A stretch of DNA of 64,000 bases from Verrucomicrobiota bacterium (GTDB lineage Bacteria; Verrucomicrobiota; Verrucomicrobiia; Chthoniobacterales; JAFAMB01). The stretch lies in NCBI GenBank assembly GCA_019246215.1, contig JAFAQT010000001.1, forward strand, positions 5,225-69,224, in the 5' to 3' direction. Made by a program: the position numbers and the translations under genes. Under the pieces are notes generated by a model. That model did not search any database. It saw only the letters and a list, made by a program, of their open reading frames with translations, and was not told the DNA's origin. Shown in pieces: positions 36,520-47,866 of this stretch (its first letter is position 1; every line of letters begins with the position of its first letter).

Positions 36520-39500
36520 ATGTCAGAGCGCATTTACTTCGGAAAAATCAAAGAAGCGATTGAGCCCCCAAACCTGATTGAAGTCCAGCTCAATTCGTAT
36601 ATCGAATTCCTGCAGAAAGATGTTTCGCCGGGCAGGCGAAAGAATGTGGGATTGCAGGCCGTCTTCAGGGAGGTGTTTCCGATCCAGAGCTACGACGATA
36701 AGGTGGTCTTGGATTTTGTCAGCTACGACATAGGCGAACCGAAAATGTCGGCCCTGGAATGTCAGCGGGAAGGACAGACATTCAGCGCGCCCTTGCATGT
36801 GACTTTCCAGCTTCGGGATGACAAGGGCACGAAGGAAGAAAAGGTTTACATGGGTGAGATTCCCCTGATGACGCCGCAAGGGACGTTCGTCATCAATGGG
36901 GCGGAACGTGTCGTGGTCAGCCAATTACACCGGTCTCCCGGAATCGCCTTCGAGTCTTCGATTCACCTGAACGGCAAGGTCCTTTATAGCTTTCGCATTA
37001 TCCCAGATCGCGGTTCCTGGCTGGAAGTCCAGTTTGATACCAACGATCTGCTCTATATTTATCTGGATCGACGGAAGCGACGTCGAAAGTTCTTGGCCAC
37101 CACGTTCCTGCGCTCTATCGGCTTTGGCGGTGATGGCGACATCATCAAGATATTCTATAATATCGAGAAGCTCGATTTGAGAAAAGATGTCGAGGAAGAT
37201 GAGCTTAACACTCGAGTTCTGATCCAGGACGTTCGCGACGGGGAAATCACAGTAGCGCGTGCATTCGAGCCATTAACAAAGGCAACGATCCAGCAAATTC
37301 TGACGCTCGGTATCACCGAGGTAAGCGTTGTCGATACCAAGGATGACGACACTATTATCAAATCGATCAAGAAGGATCCTGCGCATGATGAGGAAGAAGC
37401 GCTCAAAGATATTTACCGCCGGCTGCGTCCTGGCGATCCTCCCACGGTCGCAAATGCTCGTGGACTGCTGAAACGATTATTTTTTGATCCGAAAAAATAC
37501 GACCTTGGTCGGGTCGGTCGTTACAAGATAAATCAGAAGCTCGGAATTGAAGTCGATCTCGCGGAGCGAACATTGACCAAAGAAGACTTCATCGGAGCGA
37601 TGAAATACCTGATTACCCTTCGAAAGGGTGAGGGGATCCTGGATGACATTGACCATCTCGGAAGCCGCAGAGTGCGTACGGTCGGCGAGTTACTTGCCAA
37701 CCAGTGCCGGGTTGGCTTAGCGCGCACCGAACGTCTGGTCAAAGAGCGCATGACGTTGTTCGATGTGAACATCGACGGAATGACGCCACAAAAGCTGATT
37801 AATCCGAAGGCGCTTAGTGCGGTAATTCGCGATTTTTTTGGTCGGTCACAGTTAAGCCAGTTCATGGATCAGACGAATCCTCTTGCGGAACTGACCCACA
37901 AACGACGTCTATCCGCTCTTGGACCCGGCGGATTGAGCAGAGACCGCGCAGGGTTCGAAGTGCGCGACGTCCATCCGTCCCACTATGGCCGGATTTGTCC
38001 TATCGAAACGCCGGAAGGCCCTAACATCGGTCTCATCAGCTCGATGAGCACCTTTGCCCGCATTAACGAGTTCGGATTTATCGAAACGCCCTATCGCCGG
38101 GTCGAAAGCGGTCGTGTTACGACGCAGATCGACTATCTCACTGCCGACCGGGAAGAAAACTATCTGGTGGCCCAGGCCAACGCACCGATCGATGAAGATG
38201 GCAACTTCACCGACGAGAAAGTTTCCTGCCGTTACCGGGGTGACTTTTTGGAAGTGGAACCGGGCAAAATCCACTACATGGATATCTCGCCGAAGCAGTT
38301 GGTGTCAGTGGCCGCAGGACTCATCCCATTTCTCGAACACGACGATGCGAACCGAGCGCTGATGGGCTCGAACATGCAGCGGCAAGGGGTGCCGCTGATT
38401 CGATCGGAGTCGCCTTTGGTCGGAACGGGACTGGAAGGCAAAGTCGCTCGCGATTCCAAGGCGGTTATCGTGGCCGAAGCGGAAGGAGTGGTTTCCTCTG
38501 TCACGGCTGAACAGATTGTCATCACAAAAGACGGCAAATCACCGGAACCGAAAAAGAAGCTGGTGAGCAGATCGGACGAGGGTTTGCACGTCTACGAGCT
38601 GCGGAAATTCATGCGTTCAAACGCCGGGACCTGTATCAACCAGAAGCCGATCGTTCGGAAAGGGCAGCGGATTGTGGCGGGGCAGGTTATTGCCGATGGG
38701 CCAAACACCGAGCTTGGCGAGCTGGCACTTGGCCGCAATGTACTAGTGGCATTCATGCCGTGGAACGGCTACAACTTTGAAGACGCTATTCTGATATCCG
38801 AAAAGGTGGTGAAAGAGGATACCTACACCTCAATCCACATCGATGAATTCGAGATTGGCGCCCGTGATACAAAACTCGGTCCGGAAGAAATTACTCGTGA
38901 TATACCAAACGTTAGCGAGGAGGCTCTCAGAAATCTCGGACCGGATGGCGTGATTCGTGTCGGCGCCGAAGTGAAACCGGGCGACATTCTGGTCGGCAAA
39001 ATCACGCCCAAGAGCGAGACCGAGCTCGCGCCGGAAGAACGACTGTTACGAGCAATTTTTGGCGAGAAGGCGGCTGATGTGAAGGATACTTCCCTCACTG
39101 TTCCTTCTGGTACTTACGGCATCGTCATGGATGTCAAAGTTTCTTCCCGTAAGGAGATCGCCAAACAAAAACTTACTCCTGCCGAAACAAAAAGACAGGC
39201 CAAGCAGATCGGCGAAGATTACAAAAAGAAAAAAGATGAGCTGCACGAAGAGCTGACCGAGGCGCTCTCAAACATTCTTCTCGGCGAAAAAATTCCACTC
39301 GACGTGGTAAACGCCGAGACGGGTGAGATTATCATTCCGGCAAATCGGAAGATCACCAAGACACTCCTGCGAAAGCTCGCGGGGGTTTACGACCACGTAG
39401 ATATCGATCCGAGCCCGATTCGAAACAAGATTCGCGATATCATCAGTTCGTTCGAACACAAATTCGCAGAATTGGATCTCGAGAAAGAACGCTCGCTCGA

Positions 39501-40335
39501 TCGAATTGAGAGCGGCGATGACATTGATCCTGGTATCATCAAGCAGGTCAAGGTCTATATCGCCAGCAAACGCAAGTTGAGTGTCGGCGATAAAATGGCC
39601 GGTCGGCATGGGAATAAAGGAGTGGTCGCGAAGATCGTCCCGGAGGAAGACATGCCGTTTCTGCACGATGGCACTCCGGTCGAAATTGTTTTGAATCCGC
39701 TGGGTGTACCTAGTCGAATGAACGTGGGGCAAGTGCTTGAGACTCACCTTGGGGTGGCTGCGAAAGCACTCGGATTCAAGGTCGCAACTCCGGTTTTTGA
39801 CGGCATTGACGAACCCGAGATCCGAAAATACCTGACGGAAGCGAAGAAGATCGAGGGATTCACATGGGTCGCCGAGACTGGAAAATCGACACTTCACGAT
39901 GGTCGGACCGGGGATGCATTCGATCAAAATGTCGTGGTAGGATACATCTACATGCTTAAGCTCGGCCATTTGGTGGCTGACAAGATCCACGCCCGCGCGG
40001 TGGGACCTTACTCGCTGGTGACGCAGCAGCCGTTGGGGGGCAAAGCTCAGTATGGCGGGCAAAGATTCGGCGAAATGGAAGTTTGGGCGCTGGAAGCTTA
40101 CGGAGCAGCCTACACACTTCAGGAGTTGTTGACAGTGAAGTCAGACGACGTCCAGGGGCGGACCCGAATTTATGAGTCAATCGTGAAAGGGGATAATTCG
40201 TTGGAGGCGGGTACACCTGAATCATTCAACGTATTGATCAAGGAAATGCAAAGCTTGGGTCTGGATGTGAAAGTCGGTGGGCGAACGCAGGTTTTTGGCG
40301 ATTCCACCCTTGATACGGCTCCCGCAGCGGGATGA
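36520..40335 (+). CDS. rpoB: DNA-directed RNA polymerase subunit beta
   Basis: 1271 aa with typical blocks [34 protein letters not shown] and the conserved C-terminal region. Confidence 0.98.
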   Translation: MSERIYFGKIKEAIEPPNLIEVQLNSYIEFLQKDVSPGRRKNVGLQAVFREVFPIQSYDDKVVLDFVSYDIGEPKMSALECQREGQTFSAPLHVTFQLRDDKGTKEEKVYMGEIPLMTPQGTFVINGAERVVVSQLHRSPGIAFESSIHLNGKVLYSFRIIPDRGSWLEVQFDTNDLLYIYLDRRKRRRKFLATTFLRSIGFGGDGDIIKIFYNIEKLDLRKDVEEDELNTRVLIQDVRDGEITVARAFEPLTKATIQQILTLGITEVSVVDTKDDDTIIKSIKKDPAHDEEEALKDIYRRLRPGDPPTVANARGLLKRLFFDPKKYDLGRVGRYKINQKLGIEVDLAERTLTKEDFIGAMKYLITLRKGEGILDDIDHLGSRRVRTVGELLANQCRVGLARTERLVKERMTLFDVNIDGMTPQKLINPKALSAVIRDFFGRSQLSQFMDQTNPLAELTHKRRLSALGPGGLSRDRAGFEVRDVHPSHYGRICPIETPEGPNIGLISSMSTFARINEFGFIETPYRRVESGRVTTQIDYLTADREENYLVAQANAPIDEDGNFTDEKVSCRYRGDFLEVEPGKIHYMDISPKQLVSVAAGLIPFLEHDDANRALMGSNMQRQGVPLIRSESPLVGTGLEGKVARDSKAVIVAEAEGVVSSVTAEQIVITKDGKSPEPKKKLVSRSDEGLHVYELRKFMRSNAGTCINQKPIVRKGQRIVAGQVIADGPNTELGELALGRNVLVAFMPWNGYNFEDAILISEKVVKEDTYTSIHIDEFEIGARDTKLGPEEITRDIPNVSEEALRNLGPDGVIRVGAEVKPGDILVGKITPKSETELAPEERLLRAIFGEKAADVKDTSLTVPSGTYGIVMDVKVSSRKEIAKQKLTPAETKRQAKQIGEDYKKKKDELHEELTEALSNILLGEKIPLDVVNAETGEIIIPANRKITKTLLRKLAGVYDHVDIDPSPIRNKIRDIISSFEHKFAELDLEKERSLDRIESGDDIDPGIIKQVKVYIASKRKLSVGDKMAGRHGNKGVVAKIVPEEDMPFLHDGTPVEIVLNPLGVPSRMNVGQVLETHLGVAAKALGFKVATPVFDGIDEPEIRKYLTEAKKIEGFTWVAETGKSTLHDGRTGDAFDQNVVVGYIYMLKLGHLVADKIHARAVGPYSLVTQQPLGGKAQYGGQRFGEMEVWALEAYGAAYTLQELLTVKSDDVQGRTRIYESIVKGDNSLEAGTPESFNVLIKEMQSLGLDVKVGGRTQVFGDSTLDTAPAAG

Positions 40336-40445
40336 ACAAACGAGAATCGAGAGTGGCAGGCAGGATCCTTGCCTGCCACCGTCTTTACAGACTCGATCAC
40401 GGCAAATTGCAACTTTACTCAATCAACCACTTAACGGTGGAACCT

Positions 40446-43400
40446 ATGAACGAAACGAATCTTCGCGAGATTTTTGGTGAGGAGCGCTCGGTCGGCTTTG
40501 ACCAAGTAGCAATCAGCGTCGCATCGCCTGACGCGATCCGCTCCTGGAGCAAGGGCGAGGTCAAAAATCCGGAAACGATCAATTACAGGACCTTTAAACC
40601 GGAAAAAGGCGGCTTATTCTGCGAACGAATATTTGGTCCAACCCGCGACTGGGAGTGCTCGTGCGGAAAATACAAGCGGATCAAGCACAAAGGGGTCATT
40701 TGTGATCGGTGCGGCGTGGAAGTAACTCTGTCGCGTGTGCGGCGCGAGCGCATGGGGCACATTGAGCTTGCGGTTCCGGTTTCGCATATCTGGTTCTACA
40801 AATGCATGCCATCCCGTATTGGATTGATGCTGGATATGAGCTCTCGACAGCTAGAGAGAGTCATTTATTATGAGGACTATATCGTCATCGATCCCGGGCA
40901 GACCCAGCTGCAGAAGACCCAGTTGCTCAATGAGCAGGAATACAGGGAGGCAGAGGAACAGTACGGTGATACGTTCGTTGCCGGAATGGGCGCCGAAGCG
41001 ATCAAGATGTTGCTCTCGCAAATCGAACTCCGGACGCTGAACGCCGAGCTCGAAGAATCGATGAACAACACCAAGAGCAAGCAGATCCGCAAAAAGCTGG
41101 CGAAACGTTTGAAGCTTGTTCAAGGATTTATGAATTCTCATTCCCGGCCGGAATGGATGATTCTGGATGTGTTGCCGGTGATTCCGCCTGATTTGCGGCC
41201 GCTCGTTCCGCTCGAAGGTGGCCGGTTTGCGACTTCCGATCTCAATGATCTTTATCGCCGGGTGATCAACCGCAACAATCGCCTGAAGAACCTTCTACAA
41301 CTGAAGACTCCCGATGTCATTATCCGGAACGAGAAGCGGATGCTGCAGGAAGCGGTTGACGCCTTGTTCGATAATGGTCGACATGGGCGCGCGGTCACAG
41401 GTGCGGGAAATCGCCCGCTGAAATCGTTGAGCGACATGCTCAAGGGCAAAGGTGGCCGATTCCGCCAGAACCTGCTCGGTAAGCGCGTTGATTACTCAGG
41501 CCGTTCGGTGATCGTCATCGGACCAGAGTTGAAACTGCACCAGTGCGGTTTGCCGAAGAAAATGGCGCTGGTCCTGTTTGAGCCCTTCATTATTCGGCGC
41601 CTCAAGGAGCTCGGCTACGTGCACACGGTCCGCAGCGCCAAGAAGATGATCGAACGTCAGACGCCTGAGGTATGGGATATCCTTGAAGAGGTCACCAAAG
41701 GCCACCCGGTGCTATTGAATCGAGCTCCGACGCTTCACCGGTTATCGATTCAGGCGTTCGAACCCATGCTGATCGAAGGTGAGGCAATCCGCATTCACCC
41801 GTTGGTCTGTACGGCGTACAATGCCGATTTTGACGGCGACCAAATGGCGGTTCACGTTCCGCTTTCGGTGGAAGCACAGATGGAGGCCCGCCTGTTGATG
41901 CTGGCGCCTAACAACATCTTCTCACCGTCCAGCGGAAAACCGATTACGACCCCGTCTCAGGATATTGTCCTGGGTTGTTACTATCTAACGCAAAATCCTC
42001 GAAAGACTGCTCAGGCAGGGGAACGACTTCCACTATTCTCGGAACTTTCGGAAATCGAATTCGCGCTCGCCGAAAAGGCTGTCAAGATCCACGAGAAAAT
42101 TCGGTTCAAGAACCCGAATTTCGGCAAGAAGACGATCTACGGAAATCCAGAGATCAAAGTGATCGATACCACCGCAGGCCGGGTGATCTTCAACGGGATT
42201 TGGCCTGAAGGCCTCGGGTTCTTCAACAGAGTCGCAGGGAAGAAACAACTAAGCGACGTCATCTGGCGTACTTACCAGGTCTCTGGACAACAGAAGACTG
42301 TTGAGACGCTGGACCGTCTCAAGGAACTAGGCTTTACCTGGGCAACCCGCGCCGGGGTCTCAATCGGGATCACCGACATGATCATCCCCGACGAGAAGAA
42401 GACCGAGCTCGATAAGGCTTACAAGCAGATAGGGTTGGTCGAAAAGCAATACCGCAGCGGTATTATCACTGACGGTGAACGATACAACAAGATCATCGAT
42501 ATCTGGACTCACGCAGGAGAAGAAATCTCAAACGTTATGTTTCGAACTCTCGAACATAACGAGGGACGCCGAGATTTGAATCCGGTGTTTTTGATGCAGG
42601 ATTCCGGGGCTCGAGGCAATCGCCAGCAGGTCAAGCAGTTAGCGGGTATGCGCGGCTTGATGGCTAAACCCTCGGGTGAAATCATCGAACGTCCAATCAC
42701 CTCGAATTTTCGGGAAGGTCTGTCGGTGCTGGAGTATTTCATTTCAACACATGGCGCGCGCAAAGGTCTTGCCGATACAGCGTTGAAAACAGCAGATTCA
42801 GGGTATCTGACTCGAAAGTTGGTCGACGCGGCACAGGACGTCATTATTGTCGAGGCGGATTGCGGAACGGGTAACGGCATCCTTGTGCGCCCAATTTATG
42901 AGGGTGACGATGAAGTGGTCGATTTGGCTACTCGAATCGTCGGCCGTGTCAGTTGCGAGACCATCGGTAATCCGGTAACCAAAGAAACTATCATCAAGGC
43001 GAACCAGTTGATCGAAGAAGGGCAGGCCAGCGCCCTGATGAAAATCGGCGTTGAACAGCTAAAGATTCGCTCGGTTCTCACCTGTGAATCGAAACGCGGT
43101 GTTTGCGCCCAATGTTACGGACGAAATCTTGCGACCGGAAGGATGGTAAAACTCGGCGAAGCGGTCGGGATTATCGCCGCGCAGAGCATTGGAGAGCCGG
43201 GTACTCAGCTTACCATGCGTACATTCCACATTGGCGGAACTGCTACTCAGCTGTTTAAACAGCCGATCATTAAAGCGAAAAACGATGGGAACGTCCACTT
43301 CAACGATCTCCGGGTTGTTCAGTCTGTGGACGGTAACTTCATCGTTCTGAATAAAAACGGTTCAGTCTCCGTCCACGCCAAAGACGGAAGGGAATTCGAA

Positions 43401-44558
43401 CGCTACAATGTCGTGATCGGTTCGGTCATTTCCGTCGCTGACGGTGCCTCAGTGAAGAAAAGTGACACTTTCGTTCAGTGGGATCCCTATAATGTGCCAA
43501 TCCTGACCGAAAGGACCGGTCGGGTGGAATTCCGGGATATGATTCCCGGTGTGACAGTAAAACGAGAGATCGACGAGGCAACCGGGGTGATGGGTACAGT
43601 CGTGATCGAGCATAAAGAAGATCTGCATCCGCAAATTGTTATTATCGACGACAAAGAAGAGGTTGTCGCCAGCTACTCGATACCAGCCGGCGCGCACGTC
43701 GTTGTCCCGGAACACAAACGAGTGCAGGCCGGTACCTTGCTGGCGAAGACACCGCGCAAGATTGCCAAGACCAAGGACATCACAGGCGGTTTGCCTCGGG
43801 TTGCGGAATTGTTCGAGGCGCGGCGCCCTAAAGAGGCCGCCGAGATTGCCAAGATCGACGGGTTAGTCGAATTCGGTGGCACGGTCCGAGGCAAACGCCG
43901 ATTGATCCTCAGAGATCCAGTGTCGGGTCAGGAAGAGGAACATCTAATTCCGTTGAACAAACACATGATCGTGTTCAAAGGCGATTTTGTTAAAAAAGGA
44001 TCGCAGTTGACAGAAGGCCCCATCGTGCCCCACGAAATTCTCGATGTGTGCGGACCGCAAGATCTTCAGGAACATCTCGTGAACGAGGTTCAGGAGGTTT
44101 ATCGGCTTCAAGGTGTCGAGATCAATGATAAACACATTGAGATTATCGTCCGCCAAATGCTGCGGAAGGTAAAAGTGACCGAGCCAGGTGACACAGTTTT
44201 GCTTTGGGGCGATCAGGTTGACCGTCTCGAGTTTGAGAAGGAAAACCGTCGTGTTATCGAACAAGGCGGTAAGCCCGCGGAAGCTGTTCCAGTGCTCCTT
44301 GGGATCACCAAAGCGTCGCTCGAGACCGATAGCTTCATTTCAGCCGCGTCCTTCCAGGATACCACCCGGGTGTTAACCGAGGCGGCAACGCTGGGTAAAA
44401 TCGATTTTCTCCGCGGCTTCAAAGAGAATGTAATTATGGGTCACCTGATTCCGGCAGGTACAGGGTTTATGGGGCACCGCAGCATACGGACGCTCGAAAC
44501 CGGTGAACCGATTGTAAAAGCGATGCCTGTCGAGGCCGAACCTGTGGCTGTCGGCTAA
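40446..44558 (+). CDS. rpoC: DNA-directed RNA polymerase subunit beta'
   Basis: The zinc motif CSCGKYK...CDRCGVEV and the catalytic [12 protein letters not shown] are present. I prefer the ATG at 40446 ([18 protein letters not shown] upstream). The ATG at 40332 would overlap rpoB and add non-conserved residues. Confidence 0.97.
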   Translation: MNETNLREIFGEERSVGFDQVAISVASPDAIRSWSKGEVKNPETINYRTFKPEKGGLFCERIFGPTRDWECSCGKYKRIKHKGVICDRCGVEVTLSRVRRERMGHIELAVPVSHIWFYKCMPSRIGLMLDMSSRQLERVIYYEDYIVIDPGQTQLQKTQLLNEQEYREAEEQYGDTFVAGMGAEAIKMLLSQIELRTLNAELEESMNNTKSKQIRKKLAKRLKLVQGFMNSHSRPEWMILDVLPVIPPDLRPLVPLEGGRFATSDLNDLYRRVINRNNRLKNLLQLKTPDVIIRNEKRMLQEAVDALFDNGRHGRAVTGAGNRPLKSLSDMLKGKGGRFRQNLLGKRVDYSGRSVIVIGPELKLHQCGLPKKMALVLFEPFIIRRLKELGYVHTVRSAKKMIERQTPEVWDILEEVTKGHPVLLNRAPTLHRLSIQAFEPMLIEGEAIRIHPLVCTAYNADFDGDQMAVHVPLSVEAQMEARLLMLAPNNIFSPSSGKPITTPSQDIVLGCYYLTQNPRKTAQAGERLPLFSELSEIEFALAEKAVKIHEKIRFKNPNFGKKTIYGNPEIKVIDTTAGRVIFNGIWPEGLGFFNRVAGKKQLSDVIWRTYQVSGQQKTVETLDRLKELGFTWATRAGVSIGITDMIIPDEKKTELDKAYKQIGLVEKQYRSGIITDGERYNKIIDIWTHAGEEISNVMFRTLEHNEGRRDLNPVFLMQDSGARGNRQQVKQLAGMRGLMAKPSGEIIERPITSNFREGLSVLEYFISTHGARKGLADTALKTADSGYLTRKLVDAAQDVIIVEADCGTGNGILVRPIYEGDDEVVDLATRIVGRVSCETIGNPVTKETIIKANQLIEEGQASALMKIGVEQLKIRSVLTCESKRGVCAQCYGRNLATGRMVKLGEAVGIIAAQSIGEPGTQLTMRTFHIGGTATQLFKQPIIKAKNDGNVHFNDLRVVQSVDGNFIVLNKNGSVSVHAKDGREFERYNVVIGSVISVADGASVKKSDTFVQWDPYNVPILTERTGRVEFRDMIPGVTVKREIDEATGVMGTVVIEHKEDLHPQIVIIDDKEEVVASYSIPAGAHVVVPEHKRVQAGTLLAKTPRKIAKTKDITGGLPRVAELFEARRPKEAAEIAKIDGLVEFGGTVRGKRRLILRDPVSGQEEEHLIPLNKHMIVFKGDFVKKGSQLTEGPIVPHEILDVCGPQDLQEHLVNEVQEVYRLQGVEINDKHIEIIVRQMLRKVKVTEPGDTVLLWGDQVDRLEFEKENRRVIEQGGKPAEAVPVLLGITKASLETDSFISAASFQDTTRVLTEAATLGKIDFLRGFKENVIMGHLIPAGTGFMGHRSIRTLETGEPIVKAMPVEAEPVAVG

Positions 44559-44649
44559 AAAGCAGAGCGGCTGCGGCGGCCCCTTTCAGGAATTTGAAAC
44601 GTCAGGGGTTCAAAGGTTTTGCAGATTGTTGGAGGAGACCACCTTCTTC

Positions 44650-45216
44650 ATGTCCATTGCAACTAAGACCGGAGATTCTGGGCAAACGACGTTGATGTAC
44701 GGCGTCCGAGTGCCAAAAGCGGACTTGCGAGTCGAAGCTTATGGCAGCGTGGATGAGCTGAACGCGGCGTTGGGGCTGGTACGTGCAACTGCCGGGGAGA
44801 GAGTTATTCAGGAGGTTGTTTTATCTGTTCAGAAAGAACTCGTTCTCCTGATGGGAGAATTGGCGGTTGCCGACAAGGATCGAGAGCGATATTTAAAAGG
44901 CGGCTATCAAGTGGTCACTGCGGCAATGGTGGATCGTTTGACCGATCTCGTGGACGATTTCGAGAAGGATTGTTCCATTGATTTTAAGGGTTGGGCCACC
45001 CCGGGCCATAATCTCAGCTCCGCCGCTTTGGATCTTGCTCGGACCACCTGTCGAAGAGCGGAACGCCGTGTGGTGGCCCTCTGTGATGGCGCAAATTACG
45101 TAAACCCGGAAAGCATTCGTTACCTTAACCGGTTTGCCGATATCCTCTGGTTGTGCGCGCGATATATCGAGACCAAAGATGATGGCCCAAGTCAGAAAAT
45201 GTCTGCGCCCCGCTGA
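44650..45216 (+). CDS. PduO-type ATP:cob(I)alamin adenosyltransferase
   Basis: MSIATKTGDSGQTTL..., RVEAYGSVDELNAALG, and a C-terminal helical bundle. Confidence 0.8.
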   Translation: MSIATKTGDSGQTTLMYGVRVPKADLRVEAYGSVDELNAALGLVRATAGERVIQEVVLSVQKELVLLMGELAVADKDRERYLKGGYQVVTAAMVDRLTDLVDDFEKDCSIDFKGWATPGHNLSSAALDLARTTCRRAERRVVALCDGANYVNPESIRYLNRFADILWLCARYIETKDDGPSQKMSAPR

Positions 45217-45314
45217 TCGAAAAACTGCTTGCGAGACTTTGGAGGCTGCCGGATAGTCTTCGGCTCTGCGCGGATGTAACCCAAGAAAAAACGGCAGCGG
45301 TCATCGAACGAGAT

Positions 45315-46043
45315 ATGTCTTCAATGGAATTAATGACAGAACTCCTGGAGGCGGGAGTTCATTTTGGACATCAGACAAAGCGATGGAACCCGAAGATGAA
45401 GCCATTCATTTTCGAGCAGAGGAATTCGATCTACATTATTAACCTTGCTGAAACGGTAAAACAGCTGCAGACGGCGACCGACTACCTAGCGAATGTGGCG
45501 AAACAGAACGGCAAGGTGCTTTTCATTGGATGTAAAAAGCAAGCCCAGGAAGCCGTCAAGGAAGCCGCGGTGGCTTGCGGGCAATTCTACGTCAATCAAC
45601 GATGGTTAGGCGGAACCTTGACAAATCTGACCACCATTCGGAAAAGCGTCGGCCGATTGAGTTATCTCGAGCAAATCGAAAAGTCGCCGGAATATTCGAA
45701 AATGGGAAAGCAGGAGCTGTCAGCGTTGCGGCGTGAAGCAGAAAAACTCCGGCGAAACTTAGAAGGTATCCGTAACATGGACCGTCTTCCTGATGCGATG
45801 GTGATTATTGATACTTCCCGAGAATCGATCGCCGTCGCGGAAGCGCAACGCCTCAAGATCCCAACAGTCGCGATCGTTGACACCAATGCTGATCCAGATC
45901 AAGTGAGTTATCCGATTGCCGGAAACGACGACGCAATCCGTGCGATTCGAGTCATCCTCCAGAAATTAGTCGATGCCATCTACACGGCTTCTCATGAGGC
46001 GAACAAAGAAGAAACTGCAAATCTTGCCGCCGTCGCTGAATAA
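45315..46043 (+). CDS. rpsB: 30S ribosomal protein S2
   Basis: LLEAGVHFGHQTKRWNPKM..., VAIVDTNADPD. Confidence 0.97.
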   Translation: MSSMELMTELLEAGVHFGHQTKRWNPKMKPFIFEQRNSIYIINLAETVKQLQTATDYLANVAKQNGKVLFIGCKKQAQEAVKEAAVACGQFYVNQRWLGGTLTNLTTIRKSVGRLSYLEQIEKSPEYSKMGKQELSALRREAEKLRRNLEGIRNMDRLPDAMVIIDTSRESIAVAEAQRLKIPTVAIVDTNADPDQVSYPIAGNDDAIRAIRVILQKLVDAIYTASHEANKEETANLAAVAE

Positions 46044-46254
46044 GCTGTTTGGTTTTAACTTCGGTTTGGCGTTGAGATCTCCCTCTCTGCGCCTTCACCT
46101 TGTCAGCGATATTGCTAACAGAAAGCGAAACACACAGTCAGCCGGTTTCCATTCTCGATTCCAATTTCCCCGAACTGCTTTCCCGCCAGGGTTGCCAGCG
46201 CAAATTTCGCCGAGCGCTTTGCTTGTGAGATTTTCGCGCTAAACTTTTTTCCTT

Positions 46255-46863
46255 ATGGCTGAAGTTAATCCTAACCTCGTCAAACAATTACGTGATAAGA
46301 CCAACGCCGGCATGATGGATTGCAAAAAGGCGCTGCTCGAGTCTGACGGAGACCTGAACAAAGCCGAAGATATCCTCCGCAAAAAGGGAATAGCGAGCGC
46401 CTCCAAGAAAGCATCTCGAACCGCCAAAGAAGGCGTTGTCGCCTCCTATATTCATATGCGGGGAAAAGTAGGAGTCCTCGTAGAAATAAACTGCGAGACT
46501 GATTTTGTGGCTAAAACCGACAGCTTCCGCGATTTCGTCAAAGACATCACCCTCCACATTGCTGCTGCACACCCGCTTTATGTGAGCCGGGATCAGGTAC
46601 CGGTTCAATCGATTGAAAGGGAACGCGAAATTTATCGCGCCCAAGTGACGGACAAACCTGCCAACATTGTCGAGAAAATCGTTGAAGGAAAACTCGATAA
46701 ATTTTTCAGCGGCGTCTGTTTGCTGGATCAGGCATTCATCAAAAATCCGGATCAAACAATCAAAGATCTTGTCTCACTGAAGATCGCTGAAGTCGGTGAA
46801 AACATCGTAATTCGCCGTTTTGCACGGTACGCAGTCGGGGAAGAAACCGCTCCCAGGCAGTAG
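46255..46863 (+). CDS. tsf: elongation factor Ts (short form)
   Basis: LVKQLRDKTNAGMMDCKKAL, VEINCETDFVAK. 202 aa. Confidence 0.95.
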   Translation: MAEVNPNLVKQLRDKTNAGMMDCKKALLESDGDLNKAEDILRKKGIASASKKASRTAKEGVVASYIHMRGKVGVLVEINCETDFVAKTDSFRDFVKDITLHIAAAHPLYVSRDQVPVQSIEREREIYRAQVTDKPANIVEKIVEGKLDKFFSGVCLLDQAFIKNPDQTIKDLVSLKIAEVGENIVIRRFARYAVGEETAPRQ

Positions 46864-47068
46864 GTTTCTCGAAGGAGTAAGCGAAGCGTCCCGCTTTGTT
46901 TATGATCAACCAGGGTCTTCGGGTGAGCGATCCCGGATTGTGAGTAACTTAGTTGCAGCACATCGCCAGGTCGCAAATTCTCGTCGGCGCGCTCCGGCCC
47001 AGTGCACAAAAAGAGAGCGATGCGGCACGGCGTTGATATATGCCGATCTTTTGTTATTAATATCGAGC

Positions 47069-47725
47069 ATGACGCTTTGTCGGTCCGCTCTTCTCCTGAT
47101 GGCCCTGGCGCTTTTATTCTCATCTTGTTCGACGAAGGATACTGACCATCGAATCCTGGTGAGTGTAGCGGATCAAAGTCTGGAGCTCTATCAGCAGGAA
47201 AGATTGCTCGCCCGCTATCCGATTTCGACCTCAAGGTTCGGGCTGGGAGATCAGCCTGGGAGTCGCGGAACGCCGCTCGGAAGGCTGGAAGTGGTGAAAA
47301 AGATCGGCGCAGGCGCGCGGATCGGTGCAGTCTTTAAAAGCCGGAGGGAAACCGGCGAAGTCCTAAGGCCGAATACCCCAGGCCGTGATCCGATCGTTAC
47401 TCGAATCATCTGGCTAAAAGGGCTTGAACCGCAAAATCGGCATGCATTCGCGCGATGCATTTATATTCATGGTACACCCGAAGAACGCAACCTGGGCCAT
47501 CCCGCCAGTTTTGGCTGTGTACGCATGAAATCGGCAGATGTGCTGCGGGTCTTCAACGCCATCGGTGTGGGCGCCACAGTCGACATTATTCCAGGTTCGT
47601 TGCCGGACTCGACTCCCCCACCCGCTCCACCGGCCAACCTCCAAATTGGCAAAGGCTTGATAGTTGGTCCGCCAGCGCCAGTGACACAAGCTGTAGCTAT
47701 CCCTTCTCAATCCTCCCGAATTTGA
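47069..47725 (+). CDS. L,D-transpeptidase (YkuD domain) lipoprotein
   Basis: MTLCRSALLLMALALLFSSCS has a lipobox. The catalytic block is IYIHGTPEERNLGHPASFGCVRM. The upstream part of the ORF-track ORF (46820) overlaps tsf and was rejected. Confidence 0.8.
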   Translation: MTLCRSALLLMALALLFSSCSTKDTDHRILVSVADQSLELYQQERLLARYPISTSRFGLGDQPGSRGTPLGRLEVVKKIGAGARIGAVFKSRRETGEVLRPNTPGRDPIVTRIIWLKGLEPQNRHAFARCIYIHGTPEERNLGHPASFGCVRMKSADVLRVFNAIGVGATVDIIPGSLPDSTPPPAPPANLQIGKGLIVGPPAPVTQAVAIPSQSSRI

Positions 47726-47778
47726 ATCGCAAATTATACAAATTACAGAGATGAATGAGGTTAATTAAGTCAAGTAGC

Positions 47779-47806
47779 TTGGGGCTGCAACACGCCCCAA
47801 TATATT
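47779..47806. terminator. hairpin between convergent genes (possible bidirectional terminator)
   Basis: TTGGGGC-tgcaacac-GCCCCAA is followed by TATATT. Confidence 0.4.
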
Positions 47807-47866
47807 GGGTCGTATCCTGCTGGTCGCTATTCATCTACTACTGACGCTCGTACTGACAGCTTCTCC

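Noticed and set aside
39268-40062. 264-aa minus-strand ORF inside rpoB, together with similar long antisense ORFs at 35459..36169, 55160..55966, 15930..16496 and 20968..21501
   Set aside because: These are antisense shadows of highly conserved genes (rpoB, rplL, sufB, the cyclase, GT9). They show no family signatures.
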